Sequence record: NC_025447.1
DNA length: 64,000 nucleotides
Reading direction: 5' to 3' (one strand)
Position 1 is the first letter of the stretch. The number at the start of each line of letters is the position of its first letter. Positions 22,531-31,644 of the stretch are shown piece by piece. The notes beneath the pieces were generated by a model, which did not search any database, was not told the DNA's origin, and worked only from the letters and a program-made list of their open reading frames with translations. The position numbers and the translations under genes were made by a program.

Positions 22531-22559
22531 TTGACTGGTGTATGATTTGGTGTTATCAT
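22531..22559 (+). promoter_or_regulatory. sigma70-type promoter
   Basis: TTGACT-17-TATCAT. Confidence 0.7.
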
Positions 22560-22586
22560 GTAGTGAATGAATAATGAGGTGTTTTT

Positions 22587-23171
22587 ATGAATGTTATTGA
22601 TAATAGATTAGTACTGAAAAATGGAAAAATGACTGTTAAGTTATATAAAGATGAAGCAGATTCTTTCATGGCAAAAGCGATTGAAAAATCAGAACGATAT
22701 AAACTTTTGGCTCCAGCCAGTAAATCGCCATATGGTTTTAATCATGCACATAGTCATTTTGTTGGTATGGTATGTGAGCACGCATCTTTAGTACTTTTTA
22801 ATGAAATTGAAAACAATACTGGTATTAAACTTAATATCGATCCAGCATTCCAAAATGAAGCACGTGACGGTGAATGTGATATTAAGGTAAACAACCTTCG
22901 TATTGAAGTAAAAGGTATCAAGTATAAATCATGGACTGACTTTGGACCATGTGTTAGTACTCGACAGTTAAAAAATATCCAGAAAAAAGCTGACGTAATA
23001 CTATGGGTATTGTATAATGAGAAAAAACAAGAGTTCACGTTTGAGGGATTCAACTATGTAAAAGATATTAGTTCTATCCCAGTTATCCTCACTGGTGTAC
23101 CAGGGCGACCAATGATTGAAAATCACCCAGTACTCGGTATTATGAAACCACTACAGGAGTTACCATTGTGA
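22587..23171 (+). CDS. PD-(D/E)XK nuclease-fold protein
   Basis: GMVCE helix followed by CDIKVNNLRIEVK. Confidence 0.55.
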   Translation: MNVIDNRLVLKNGKMTVKLYKDEADSFMAKAIEKSERYKLLAPASKSPYGFNHAHSHFVGMVCEHASLVLFNEIENNTGIKLNIDPAFQNEARDGECDIKVNNLRIEVKGIKYKSWTDFGPCVSTRQLKNIQKKADVILWVLYNEKKQEFTFEGFNYVKDISSIPVILTGVPGRPMIENHPVLGIMKPLQELPL

Positions 23172-23395
23172 TTACTGCAACTGTATATCAAGATATCAAT
23201 GAAGAATTTCATTCTAAAATTGCGTTCTTATCATTTCCTGTACTCCCAGCAGTTGGGTCAACGTTGAATCTTACCATTTGTGGTTTTGAGAAATATTATA
23301 AAGTACTAGATATTGAGTACTGTGCTGATGTATATTCATGTAATAGTGAAATTGCAATTCCAGTATCAATCGATATTATTGTAAAAGAGGTTTGA
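23168..23395 (+). CDS. hypothetical protein
   Basis: ORF track. Confidence 0.65.
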   Translation: MITATVYQDINEEFHSKIAFLSFPVLPAVGSTLNLTICGFEKYYKVLDIEYCADVYSCNSEIAIPVSIDIIVKEV

Positions 23396-23853
23396 TTATG
23401 TTTAAGAATTTTATGGTTATCGTAGCAGTACTGTTTGGTACATCATGTTTCATTTCCCCAGTACACGCAGAAGAACAACGTCAAACTATTAAAACTATTG
23501 GGACTGGTAAAACTCCCCCTAAACGTACTGCTGAAGAATACATGCCTGAAATGCGTGAACGTTATCGTCAGACATACAGGGAAAAACATGCTAATGATAA
23601 ACCCATCAAGAAGCATAAATGGGAAGTTGTTAAATCTCCTTCATTTTGTGCTGGATATGCTAAAGTAAAGATTGAGCAGCACAAAAACCAGTACTATAAA
23701 GATATGTATTCCTTCTATGACTCCAGAATTTCTGACACAGATATGATGGCAGGGAAGGTTGATAAAGAAGAATTTCTACAAGGCTATGATATGATGGACG
23801 ATGACAAAATCATGGAATGCGTTGAAGTGTATGAAAAATACAGAGGCTTCTGA
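23392..23853 (+). CDS. secreted protein (signal peptide)
   Basis: Hydrophobic core plus VHA cleavage site. Confidence 0.7.
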   Translation: MIMFKNFMVIVAVLFGTSCFISPVHAEEQRQTIKTIGTGKTPPKRTAEEYMPEMRERYRQTYREKHANDKPIKKHKWEVVKSPSFCAGYAKVKIEQHKNQYYKDMYSFYDSRISDTDMMAGKVDKEEFLQGYDMMDDDKIMECVEVYEKYRGF

Positions 23854-24329
23854 TGTTAACAATAGTGTTGTTGGTTAGTCCATTTGTGTATTTTGTGCTG
23901 TATAATATTTTTAGTAATGCTAATCATTTTAAATATGCACAAACAATTGCAAAGCATGAAGGTTTTTGGAATTTTTTCCCAGCATTACTATGCTCATATC
24001 TATACCATGAACGCTATTTCATTTTTCCTGAATATAAAAATTATGGTTATGATTCTAAAGTAAATGGTATAATTGAGTACTGTATAAGAAATTATATTAA
24101 TAATAATGATAACGTCCAAGTAAGAATAGGAAATGGTAATATATCAAGAATAGTTTTCATACCTGATATACAAGACCCAATATACTTATATCCATATGAT
24201 TATAGTATTAGTGTAGGTTGTTCGATACATGGTAGTAAATCTATGTACGATTATTTTATCTTACCACCAACACAAATTAGATTAATAGAAAAATATTTGA
24301 GGGAAAAGTTTGACAACAAAGATTCTTAG
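23853..24329 (+). CDS. membrane-anchored hypothetical protein
   Basis: ORF track. Confidence 0.7.
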   Translation: MLTIVLLVSPFVYFVLYNIFSNANHFKYAQTIAKHEGFWNFFPALLCSYLYHERYFIFPEYKNYGYDSKVNGIIEYCIRNYINNNDNVQVRIGNGNISRIVFIPDIQDPIYLYPYDYSISVGCSIHGSKSMYDYFILPPTQIRLIEKYLREKFDNKDS

Positions 24330-24370
24330 TATTATAATTAACACACCAAGTAACCCAAGGGGGATGGAAA

Positions 24371-24829
24371 ATGGATGTATTAGCTACAAATTTCAAACGT
24401 AACACAGAAGAGCGTGAAGGTTATTTGAGTATTAGTGAAGTTGTCGATGACAATTTTAAACAATACATTTTTAATAGTGCAATTAAATTAAAATGCACAA
24501 AAGATTCACCTGATCGTAGCTTTACTAAATGGATTGCGTATTGGGAAGATTCACCAGTTGCAATTGAAATGACTGTGATTACAACAGTACTTGAAACAGG
24601 TTACATCAAAGCCATTATAGTTGATAAGAAAGTCCGTACTCTTGATGAAATTAATCCATATACAGCCCGAAATTCTAAAGTTTTTGGTGTGTTGGTTGAT
24701 GGTAAATTTATGATAGAAAAAGATGCAAAGGAATATGTAATTAATAAACTTCAAACTACATCAGAAAAAAAGGAAGTAGTGGACCAAAACTCTGTTGATG
24801 CAATCAAAAAAGCATGGGGACTAAAGTAA
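24371..24829 (+). CDS. hypothetical protein
   Basis: ORF track; promoter TTGACA-17-TATAAT at 24310-24338. Confidence 0.8.
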   Translation: MDVLATNFKRNTEEREGYLSISEVVDDNFKQYIFNSAIKLKCTKDSPDRSFTKWIAYWEDSPVAIEMTVITTVLETGYIKAIIVDKKVRTLDEINPYTARNSKVFGVLVDGKFMIEKDAKEYVINKLQTTSEKKEVVDQNSVDAIKKAWGLK

Positions 24830-24830
24830 T

Positions 24831-25253
24831 ATGTTCACACTAAGTAATGCAAAATATCTTTTTCTTATTAGTATTATTGGTTGGGTTATGGCTCCAGTGC
24901 TAAATGCACTGGGGTTTTCCGATGAACATAAACTTTTAAATGTTTCAGGTTTAATTCAGGGTATTTCATGGTATACATTAATTATATTTTCAGTGTGCAT
25001 CAATACATTTGCCCGTGATTATCGACGTTTGTTATATCTGAAAGTATTTGGAACTACACGATATAGTTTTGTTTACACTTTCATTTTAGTACCGTGTATG
25101 TTATATGCATTTGTATTTGATTACTATACATATCTATGGGTATGTGGAACTATGTTTGTTATGTTGGAATACATCAGAACTGTTCAAAACTCATATGCCG
25201 ATGAGTTTCATGATCTAGAAGTTAAACGAAAATTAACGGAGCTAAACAAATGA
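24831..25253 (+). CDS. multi-TM membrane protein
   Basis: Four hydrophobic segments. Confidence 0.7.
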   Translation: MFTLSNAKYLFLISIIGWVMAPVLNALGFSDEHKLLNVSGLIQGISWYTLIIFSVCINTFARDYRRLLYLKVFGTTRYSFVYTFILVPCMLYAFVFDYYTYLWVCGTMFVMLEYIRTVQNSYADEFHDLEVKRKLTELNK

Positions 25254-25675
25254 GAGGCTATAATAAGATTTGTATTTTTGTATTTTTAGTTTGTGCATTC
25301 AATTCGTTTGGTTACTACTGTACAGAAAATAATATTTCATATGGTTTAAATCCTTTGTGGTTTACAATTTCCAATGTAGCACAAATTGGTATTGCTCTTA
25401 TGTCTGCACTTATGTTCTGTCCAATTGTCACTATGGATACTGATCATGAAAGGCTTGGATTTCTCCGTGATACTGGAGACGAACCTTACAGTAGATTGAT
25501 TGTGTTGTATCCATTTATTGTTATTTTAGGTACTAACATCCAACTTGGGTCATTATCTAATAGTGTTACATCAGCAGCTATTGCTATATTTGCATTCACA
25601 TTTTTTATGGTACACAAATCAGTACTTAATTGGTATATCACAAAAATGGCAGAAGAAGGTACTAAAAATACTTGA
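25250..25675 (+). CDS. multi-TM membrane protein
   Basis: Four hydrophobic segments. Confidence 0.7.
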   Translation: MRGYNKICIFVFLVCAFNSFGYYCTENNISYGLNPLWFTISNVAQIGIALMSALMFCPIVTMDTDHERLGFLRDTGDEPYSRLIVLYPFIVILGTNIQLGSLSNSVTSAAIAIFAFTFFMVHKSVLNWYITKMAEEGTKNT

Positions 25676-25734
25676 CATAATTTAGTATGTTATATATAAT
25701 TATTTTGTTAAAAACAAATTAGAGTAAGGAACTT

Positions 25735-25986
25735 ATGAACATCGATAAGGTCAAAGAACTTAGTGCTGCACTAATTAAGAATGAAGAAGTTTGTGAAGAA
25801 CTTCGCAGTACTATCAAAGTTGAGTACGCACGACTCCAAGGTATGCTTCAAGAATCAGAATGGGTAGTAACTAAATCTATCGAAGCAATCTATAAGGATA
25901 TCGAATCCCTTTTCAACAAGAAAAGTAAGATTGAATCTGATTCATATAACAAACGTAAAGAGTTATCTACTGCACTTGGTATCTAA
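25735..25986 (+). CDS. coiled-coil hypothetical protein
   Basis: Own promoter TTGACA-17-TATAAT at 25672-25700. Confidence 0.8.
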   Translation: MNIDKVKELSAALIKNEEVCEELRSTIKVEYARLQGMLQESEWVVTKSIEAIYKDIESLFNKKSKIESDSYNKRKELSTALGI

Positions 25987-26060
25987 AAGTATTTGACATA
26001 ACAAATAATATGGAGTACAATGTGCTCCTAATTTAATTATCAGCTAAAAAGGAAAACATT

Positions 26061-26321
26061 ATGAAATCTATTCTCGTTGCAGTTAACCTGGTTGCTTCCC
26101 CATCTTTCAACTTCAAACAAGTTGTTGCTGATAATCTGAAGAAGATCTGTCCAAACGCTGAATTGACTTTCTGTGTATTTGATTCAGAAAAAGTAACTAA
26201 AGTTGATCTAAACTATCTTTTGAACGAAGTACAAAGCGTTTCTGGTGAAAGTAACTTAAAAGTTCTTCATGAGATTGCAGAAGATTATGATGACACTCTA
26301 GTAATTTCGGAGAAATTCTAA
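26061..26321 (+). CDS. hypothetical protein
   Basis: Own promoter TTGACA-17-TACAAT at 25993-26021. Confidence 0.8.
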   Translation: MKSILVAVNLVASPSFNFKQVVADNLKKICPNAELTFCVFDSEKVTKVDLNYLLNEVQSVSGESNLKVLHEIAEDYDDTLVISEKF

Positions 26322-26326
26322 ATCAA

Positions 26327-26746
26327 ATGATTACATTCATTCAGTACTTAATCATTAAATTTTTTGGCTATTATACGATTGAGGGCAAAGCTACGCTTGC
26401 ACATAAAATCTTTGTAGCATTATGTACGGGTGATTATGACGTATTGAATAAGTACTGTAAATCTAAAGAATGTATTGATATAATGGCACTTCGTATCTAT
26501 GAGTGCCGATCCAATAGATACAATTTTTACCAGTACAGATTTGATAAAGAAGAATTTGATAGCATCAAAATGCTAAAGAATTTATGTAACAATAAAAAGA
26601 ATATGCATATATCAGAATTTGTTGCTTTGTATTTTTATTTAAAAAGTTCATTGTATATGAACACGATGCAAAGATTCGATACTAGAATTAATGTATTCAC
26701 CGATAAAGAATTTTATATATACGATAAATTCTTAGATAAGGTTTAA
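26327..26746 (+). CDS. hypothetical protein
   Basis: ORF track. Confidence 0.7.
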   Translation: MITFIQYLIIKFFGYYTIEGKATLAHKIFVALCTGDYDVLNKYCKSKECIDIMALRIYECRSNRYNFYQYRFDKEEFDSIKMLKNLCNNKKNMHISEFVALYFYLKSSLYMNTMQRFDTRINVFTDKEFYIYDKFLDKV

Positions 26747-26747
26747 T

Positions 26748-27245
26748 ATGACAACTGTTTATATTGATAAACGATTAAATTTATTGATTACCGATTCTAG
26801 AGTTACGTCAACTATACCACGAAACTTATTTGGTTTTTTCCCACTAAGACCAAAATATCAATATGGAGTTGTTAATCAAAAAACTTTATATGTACATGAC
26901 CGTTTATTCAGTGCTAGTGGGTCAGTAAGTGAAATTGATAAAGTACTGGATTGGTTAATTAATAAAGTACCAGTTATACCTGACAGAAAGTTAAGTTGCC
27001 ATTGTGTGCTTCTTTCTAAAGATTATGTTATTCATATGATTTTAACTAAAGGAAAGTTTATTAAAAAACTTGAATATCTACATGAAGACTACACTTTCTT
27101 TATGGGAAGTGGTGGAGAATACATGGTAGATGCTGCTATTCATGAAGAACATACAACTTTATATGATAAAGTGTTTAGTACTTTCATGGATGTGCATAAC
27201 CATGATTGCTTCACAGATGATAATATTAATGTATATCGATTTTGA
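26748..27245 (+). CDS. Ntn-hydrolase / proteasome-beta (HslV)-like protein
   Basis: N-terminal (M)TT, DSRVT, ASG and FMGSGG motifs. Confidence 0.6.
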   Translation: MTTVYIDKRLNLLITDSRVTSTIPRNLFGFFPLRPKYQYGVVNQKTLYVHDRLFSASGSVSEIDKVLDWLINKVPVIPDRKLSCHCVLLSKDYVIHMILTKGKFIKKLEYLHEDYTFFMGSGGEYMVDAAIHEEHTTLYDKVFSTFMDVHNHDCFTDDNINVYRF

Positions 27246-27266
27246 TTTCGTCATTAGGAGATGTAA

Positions 27267-28232
27267 GTGAAAAAGCTTGATTTAAATACAATTGCCGAAG
27301 AAGTTCTGGATGAATGTTTTTCTAATGAAGAAGTCAACACACTAGAAGCCTTAGATTTCGTTGAAGATAAAGATGAAAATGAAGGTAAAGTACAAAGCAG
27401 TTTCAAATATAATATTACACTTAAGCGACCACCAAATGTTTCCAATGAAGATCTAATTCGTGATATTCAAGCTGGTATCAATGTAAAGAAAAACACTGAA
27501 CTGTTAGTTCGTTACAATTATGGACTTATTATTGATGTAGCAAGTAAATGTACTTGTTATATCCCATTTGAAGATAAGATTTCATATGGTGTTGAGGGGT
27601 TCATGAGAGCACTAAAAACCTTTGATCTTAATAAGAATGTGAAGTTCATTACCTATGCTTCTTCTAGTATTTACATGACAGTTTATAACGAAAGTTCTGA
27701 CGCTAACTATATGGTACACTTCCCACGTTATATGAGTGTTCATAAGATCAAAGTAAAAAGATTCTGTCAGGAATATATGCGTAAACATGGTGTTCGCCCA
27801 ACTCCTGAAATAATCTCAGAGGGTACTGGGATTGAGATTCAGCATGTTAATAACTGTTTGTTATTTCAAAGCGAATACACTTCTCTGGATGCACCATTAG
27901 ACGGTGTTACCGATGGTACACTAGGTGACATTATTCATTCACCTGCTTCTGATTTTAACCTCAATGTTGATAGTATTCGTGCACCTTTACGTTATGCTAT
28001 CAATGAACTGACTAACGAATTGAGTACTAAAGAACGTGAGATTATCCAGCGTGTTCATGGTCTAGGTGAATATGAACCTGAAACGCTTCGTGAGATTGCT
28101 GATAATGGTTTTGTTGATGATAATGGAAAATATGTTAAATCCCGTTCATCAATACATCGAAAGTACAGTGAAGCTATGCAAAAGCTTAAGAAGCTAGTAC
28201 TTGCAAAAGGGTACGAATACGAAGATTTCTAA
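27267..28232 (+). CDS. RpoD/RpoS-like sigma70-family RNA polymerase sigma factor
   Basis: Region 2 (LVRYNYGLI..GFMRALKTFD..KFITYA), region 3 (PTPEII..SLDAP), region 4 (LSTKEREIIQRVHGL..TLREIA). Confidence 0.9.
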   Translation: MKKLDLNTIAEEVLDECFSNEEVNTLEALDFVEDKDENEGKVQSSFKYNITLKRPPNVSNEDLIRDIQAGINVKKNTELLVRYNYGLIIDVASKCTCYIPFEDKISYGVEGFMRALKTFDLNKNVKFITYASSSIYMTVYNESSDANYMVHFPRYMSVHKIKVKRFCQEYMRKHGVRPTPEIISEGTGIEIQHVNNCLLFQSEYTSLDAPLDGVTDGTLGDIIHSPASDFNLNVDSIRAPLRYAINELTNELSTKEREIIQRVHGLGEYEPETLREIADNGFVDDNGKYVKSRSSIHRKYSEAMQKLKKLVLAKGYEYEDF

Positions 28233-28234
28233 AG

Positions 28235-28265
28235 AAAAAAGGTTGGCTTATGCCAACCTTTTTTT
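28235..28265 (+). terminator. intrinsic (bidirectional-type) terminator
   Basis: A6-GGTTGGC-TTAT-GCCAACC-T7. Confidence 0.85.
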
Positions 28266-28299
28266 ATGGGATGAAGTAAAAGTTTGTGATATAATTATC

Positions 28300-28780
28300 T
28301 TGTACAATTCTGTTGGCATGATATTCATGTACCTGATCCACTCGAAAACGTAGAGGGCAGTTGAGCAGTCCGACAGTGCGAACAGCAAAAGAAACCCGTT
28401 AGATGTGGGCATAGTTTGAACCCCTCACGGCAATGCGGCTGTATAAAGAACCACGTTAGGATAGCTGGTGGTTCCTTGATAGACATATAAGGATAACACC
28501 TTACGAATTATCTAAGGGAGAGTTATCAAATTTTGTACAGGAAAGTTGCGTCCAGAATTTGAGTACTCACATTAAGTATTTGATTGCATAGATACTTAAT
28601 GAAGATACACTATGTTTAAAAGTGTAGACCGTCATATGAAACTGAAGTAGAGAGAAACAGGATGACCCGCTTTCGCACTCGTTATGAGTAATCTTCAATG
28701 CAATAGCTCTGATACCATCAGCGTCAAATTTCCCTCCTTGTGGGGGGAAGAAAAATCCCTTCCTCAAATCCCGTCAATAT
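28300..28780 (+). ncRNA. candidate large structured ncRNA, about 450-480 nt
   Basis: Extended -10 (TGATATAAT 28287-28295); no credible ORF; at least 9 stems with plus-strand G-U pairs. Confidence 0.6.
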
Positions 28781-28789
28781 TAAAAGTCC

Positions 28790-28818
28790 TTGACAGTTAT
28801 TAATCATTCGCGTAGAAT
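28790..28818 (+). promoter_or_regulatory. sigma70-type promoter
   Basis: TTGACA-17-TAGAAT. Confidence 0.75.
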
Positions 28819-28882
28819 ACGTAGTATTAGAAGCGAACAGACATCTCGAAGAGATGGATGATTAACCATTAAGGAATATCCA

Positions 28883-29092
28883 ATGAATTCAGTAATCTTT
28901 TTAGTAGTCGCTTTCTCTGTTAATTCCGGTATACAAATAACCCCAATGAATTCCATGAATCAATGCATAGCAGTACGTGATAGTACATACGAACAAGTAA
29001 ACAAAGATATTTGGATTACAGTTAATAAAGAACAAATGTGGTGTTACAATAGTAATACTAACACAAAGCTTATTGTAGGACAAACTCAATGA
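28883..29092 (+). CDS. small exported hypothetical protein
   Basis: Hydrophobic N-terminus, two Cys. Confidence 0.65.
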   Translation: MNSVIFLVVAFSVNSGIQITPMNSMNQCIAVRDSTYEQVNKDIWITVNKEQMWCYNSNTNTKLIVGQTQ

Positions 29093-29319
29093 GTTATGGT
29101 GTTCGTTTTGAGATTCGTTCTATTGTCATCGATGCAGAGAAACAAGTATCGTTAGATGGTGATATACGTGAAATTTATCTATCATGTATCCGTGCGAAAT
29201 CTGAAGCAGATGCCTTAGTACAAATGTATAGTTTTAACTTTTCAAATGGATTCTATTTGGTACGAGTTGTTGAAGTTAAAAAAGTAATTCTTGGTTGTTG
29301 CATAGAAGGAATAATGTAA
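29089..29319 (+). CDS. hypothetical protein
   Basis: ORF track. Confidence 0.7.
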   Translation: MSYGVRFEIRSIVIDAEKQVSLDGDIREIYLSCIRAKSEADALVQMYSFNFSNGFYLVRVVEVKKVILGCCIEGIM

Positions 29320-30108
29320 ATGAGCACTATCGATGAACTGATTCAACGGAATTCAAAATATTACCAACCATCAGAAATTGTGGATAACATTACTAAATCT
29401 GAGTTTGGACCGAACACACGCAAACTCATTCATGTAATGTCACGTGATGGCTTTAAATGTGATTGTTGTGGTGAATCAAATGTAGTATTCACTTTACACA
29501 AGCACAGTACTAAAGAACGTTATAAATTCAGACCTTATGTACTTAAAGGGAAACGCCTTGTACGCATGACGTTAGACCATAATGTACTGGACTGTCTTCA
29601 GGGCGGTAATGATAAAGAGAACATGACTGCATTGTGTGAAGATTGTAACGCATTACGCCAGCATAAGTTTGCTGAGTACAGTGAGTTTAAACACTGGTAT
29701 CATAACGCGGATCGTTCAATCGAGCCTGACGTTAACTACTGCTTCATTGAGTACATTAAGAATGCCAAAGATACATACATTCTTAAATCAATGTCACCTA
29801 TTACCGTGTTTCCTGAGAACCTATTCACTACATTAAAGAATAGTTTTATTGTCGGTGATATTGATGCATTCAAGTATTTTGACAAAGGTGCAAAACATTT
29901 TGAAATTCAATGTCTTAGTACTGCACTATGTAAACTCATTAAAATTTACATAAAAGAGTATTTGGGTATTGACAATGTACGTGTACCAGAGTATACTTTT
30001 TCTATTGAATTCGATTGTGAATCAATTAAAGAGTTTGGAATTCTTTTCAATAAACAAATAGAACTTGCAATTCAAAACGAAATCAAGTACTATACTACTA
30101 ACATTTAA
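29320..30108 (+). CDS. HNH endonuclease-domain protein
   Basis: RDGFKCDCCG..TLDH..GGNDKENMTALCEDCN. Confidence 0.75.
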   Translation: MSTIDELIQRNSKYYQPSEIVDNITKSEFGPNTRKLIHVMSRDGFKCDCCGESNVVFTLHKHSTKERYKFRPYVLKGKRLVRMTLDHNVLDCLQGGNDKENMTALCEDCNALRQHKFAEYSEFKHWYHNADRSIEPDVNYCFIEYIKNAKDTYILKSMSPITVFPENLFTTLKNSFIVGDIDAFKYFDKGAKHFEIQCLSTALCKLIKIYIKEYLGIDNVRVPEYTFSIEFDCESIKEFGILFNKQIELAIQNEIKYYTTNI

Positions 30109-30123
30109 TCAGAGGAAATTATC

Positions 30124-30306
30124 ATGCAAATTATCATTCTTATCGTTGGCATCATGCTGGGTGTTTACGGTCACTCCTGGATGAACGAGAAGTTTCCTAA
30201 TACGCGTCCTGAGTATTGCAGTACTAATGTATTCCAGAATGGTGAGAAACCAAAGGAAAGTATTGGTAAAAAGCTGGACAAAGTACTTGATGTGATCAAT
30301 GAATAA
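30124..30306 (+). CDS. small membrane-anchored protein
   Basis: SD GAGG; hydrophobic N-terminus. Confidence 0.65.
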   Translation: MQIIILIVGIMLGVYGHSWMNEKFPNTRPEYCSTNVFQNGEKPKESIGKKLDKVLDVINE

Positions 30307-30517
30307 GGGCCATAAAATGTTTAAACCGAATTCCAATGTTGGAAAGAAAGTTCAATTACTTGAGGATGTATCCACTCTGAGTGGAATTTTCCCAAGAGGT
30401 CACATCATGACTATTATTGCCGAAACATCCCGTGGTTGGGACTTGGAAGATGCTGATGGTAATCGCATCCTTGAAGCTGGCTTCTATGGTCATCGTGAAT
30501 ATAAAATTATCGATTAA
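30299..30517 (+). CDS. hypothetical protein
   Basis: ORF track. Confidence 0.7.
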   Translation: MNKGHKMFKPNSNVGKKVQLLEDVSTLSGIFPRGHIMTIIAETSRGWDLEDADGNRILEAGFYGHREYKIID

Positions 30518-30614
30518 GGATATAAAATGATGTTAGAGGCTATCGTTGGTATTGTTAGTTTTAGTCATCTGTGTTGCTTGCTTTGGGTATATGATGATTT
30601 TTGGTGATTAATAC

Positions 30615-30642
30615 TTGACAGAAGATATCAGTACTGTATAAT
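30615..30642 (+). promoter_or_regulatory. sigma70-type promoter with AGTACT in spacer
   Basis: TTGACA-16-TATAAT. Confidence 0.7.
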
Positions 30643-30687
30643 GTTTATATCAAACGAAATCCACTTTAACAAATGATAGGAAATATT

Positions 30688-30966
30688 ATGTCTTTTTCTA
30701 AAGAAGAACGTGACCTTATTAAAAAAGCAATTTGGTTTTATGCTAATGAAGGGAAGTGCGATGAAGAAAAAGCACGTGAACTGTGTAATATCCTTGAGAA
30801 GAAACAAGAACTGAAAGTGTATCGTATCCGTGATTTGGATGAAGGGGATCGTATTGTCCTAGCTGAAACAAAAGAAGAAGCAGAACAAATCTTCACTGAT
30901 AAAAACGAAAATCCACATTGGATGGAAGAAGTCTGTGATGTTAAAAAAGGTACTTATATCGATTGA
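30688..30966 (+). CDS. hypothetical protein
   Basis: Start moved to ATG30688. Confidence 0.75.
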   Translation: MSFSKEERDLIKKAIWFYANEGKCDEEKARELCNILEKKQELKVYRIRDLDEGDRIVLAETKEEAEQIFTDKNENPHWMEEVCDVKKGTYID

Positions 30967-30991
30967 CAGTACTGAATAATAGCAGTATAAT
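30963..30991 (+). promoter_or_regulatory. sigma70-type promoter
   Basis: TTGACA-17-TATAAT; AGTACT overlaps the -35 box. Confidence 0.8.
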
Positions 30992-31000
30992 GTTTATATC

Positions 31001-31063
31001 AAAGGGAATGCAGTGAAAGGAAAGACAGCATAATCGTACTCGTCACTGCGTTCCCGCCCTTTT
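31001..31063 (+). ncRNA. leader hairpin / small RNA candidate
   Basis: 13-bp stem GGGAATGCAGTGA/TCACTGCGTTCCC, then GCCCTTTT. Confidence 0.5.
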
Positions 31064-31084
31064 AAATTAAATGAGGAATTAACT

Positions 31085-31393
31085 ATGTTTCAAACTAACA
31101 CTCAAGGTTTTGTAATCATCGATTTGAATCAAAACAGCGGTTATTGGATGAAACCTACTGACGCATGTATGCAGTTTGATTTCTTAGGTTACAGAATTAG
31201 TGTAAGTACTGGTGCTTCTGTACTGAGAGGTGGTTGTATCGTTGAACATCTGGTAACTGATCCAGAAGGTCGTGAGTATGAAATCGCAGGTTCAGTACAA
31301 GATGCCATTATGTTTGTATGTCAGCGTGAAATGAATGGTTCGAACTCAAATGCACTGACTCATGCTCTTTCTCAAGAAGTGGAGGTTCGTTAA
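31085..31393 (+). CDS. hypothetical protein
   Basis: ORF track; SD GAGG. Confidence 0.75.
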   Translation: MFQTNTQGFVIIDLNQNSGYWMKPTDACMQFDFLGYRISVSTGASVLRGGCIVEHLVTDPEGREYEIAGSVQDAIMFVCQREMNGSNSNALTHALSQEVEVR

Positions 31394-31644
31394 TGAAATA
31401 CATTGTAGCAGTACTCGTCGCATTTTTACTCACTGCATGTGATGCTTCAACCAAAGAACGCACAAGTGATTTTGAACTCCCTACTGAATTAAAAGAAGCA
31501 GGATGTAAGATTTATCGTATGCAACAGGAAGGTGCTGGTGCAACGTTGTATACAGTTTATTGTCCTAATGCAAACACCAGTACTGGATACACTAGCGGAA
31601 AAACACGAATCAACACTTCAGTGATTAATGGAGTACAACAATGA
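31393..31644 (+). CDS. lipoprotein
   Basis: Lipobox LTA-C. Confidence 0.75.
   Translation: MKYIVAVLVAFLLTACDASTKERTSDFELPTELKEAGCKIYRMQQEGAGATLYTVYCPNANTSTGYTSGKTRINTSVINGVQQ

Noticed and set aside
28378-28419. tmRNA: short frame ANSKRNPLDVGIV* resembles a tag start
   Set aside because: No GGGG..GGxTTCGA 5' end, no T-arm/CCA 3' end, no Ala-Ala terminus
28538-28675. RNase P RNA: CAGGAAAGT and ACAGGATGACCCGCTT resemble the P4 halves
   Set aside because: Both halves deviate from consensus (GAGGAAAGUCC, ACAGAAxxCGGCUUA) and are only about 125 nt apart
28567-28767. 66-aa minus-strand ORF
   Set aside because: No SD or promoter; G-U pairing asymmetry favours a + strand RNA
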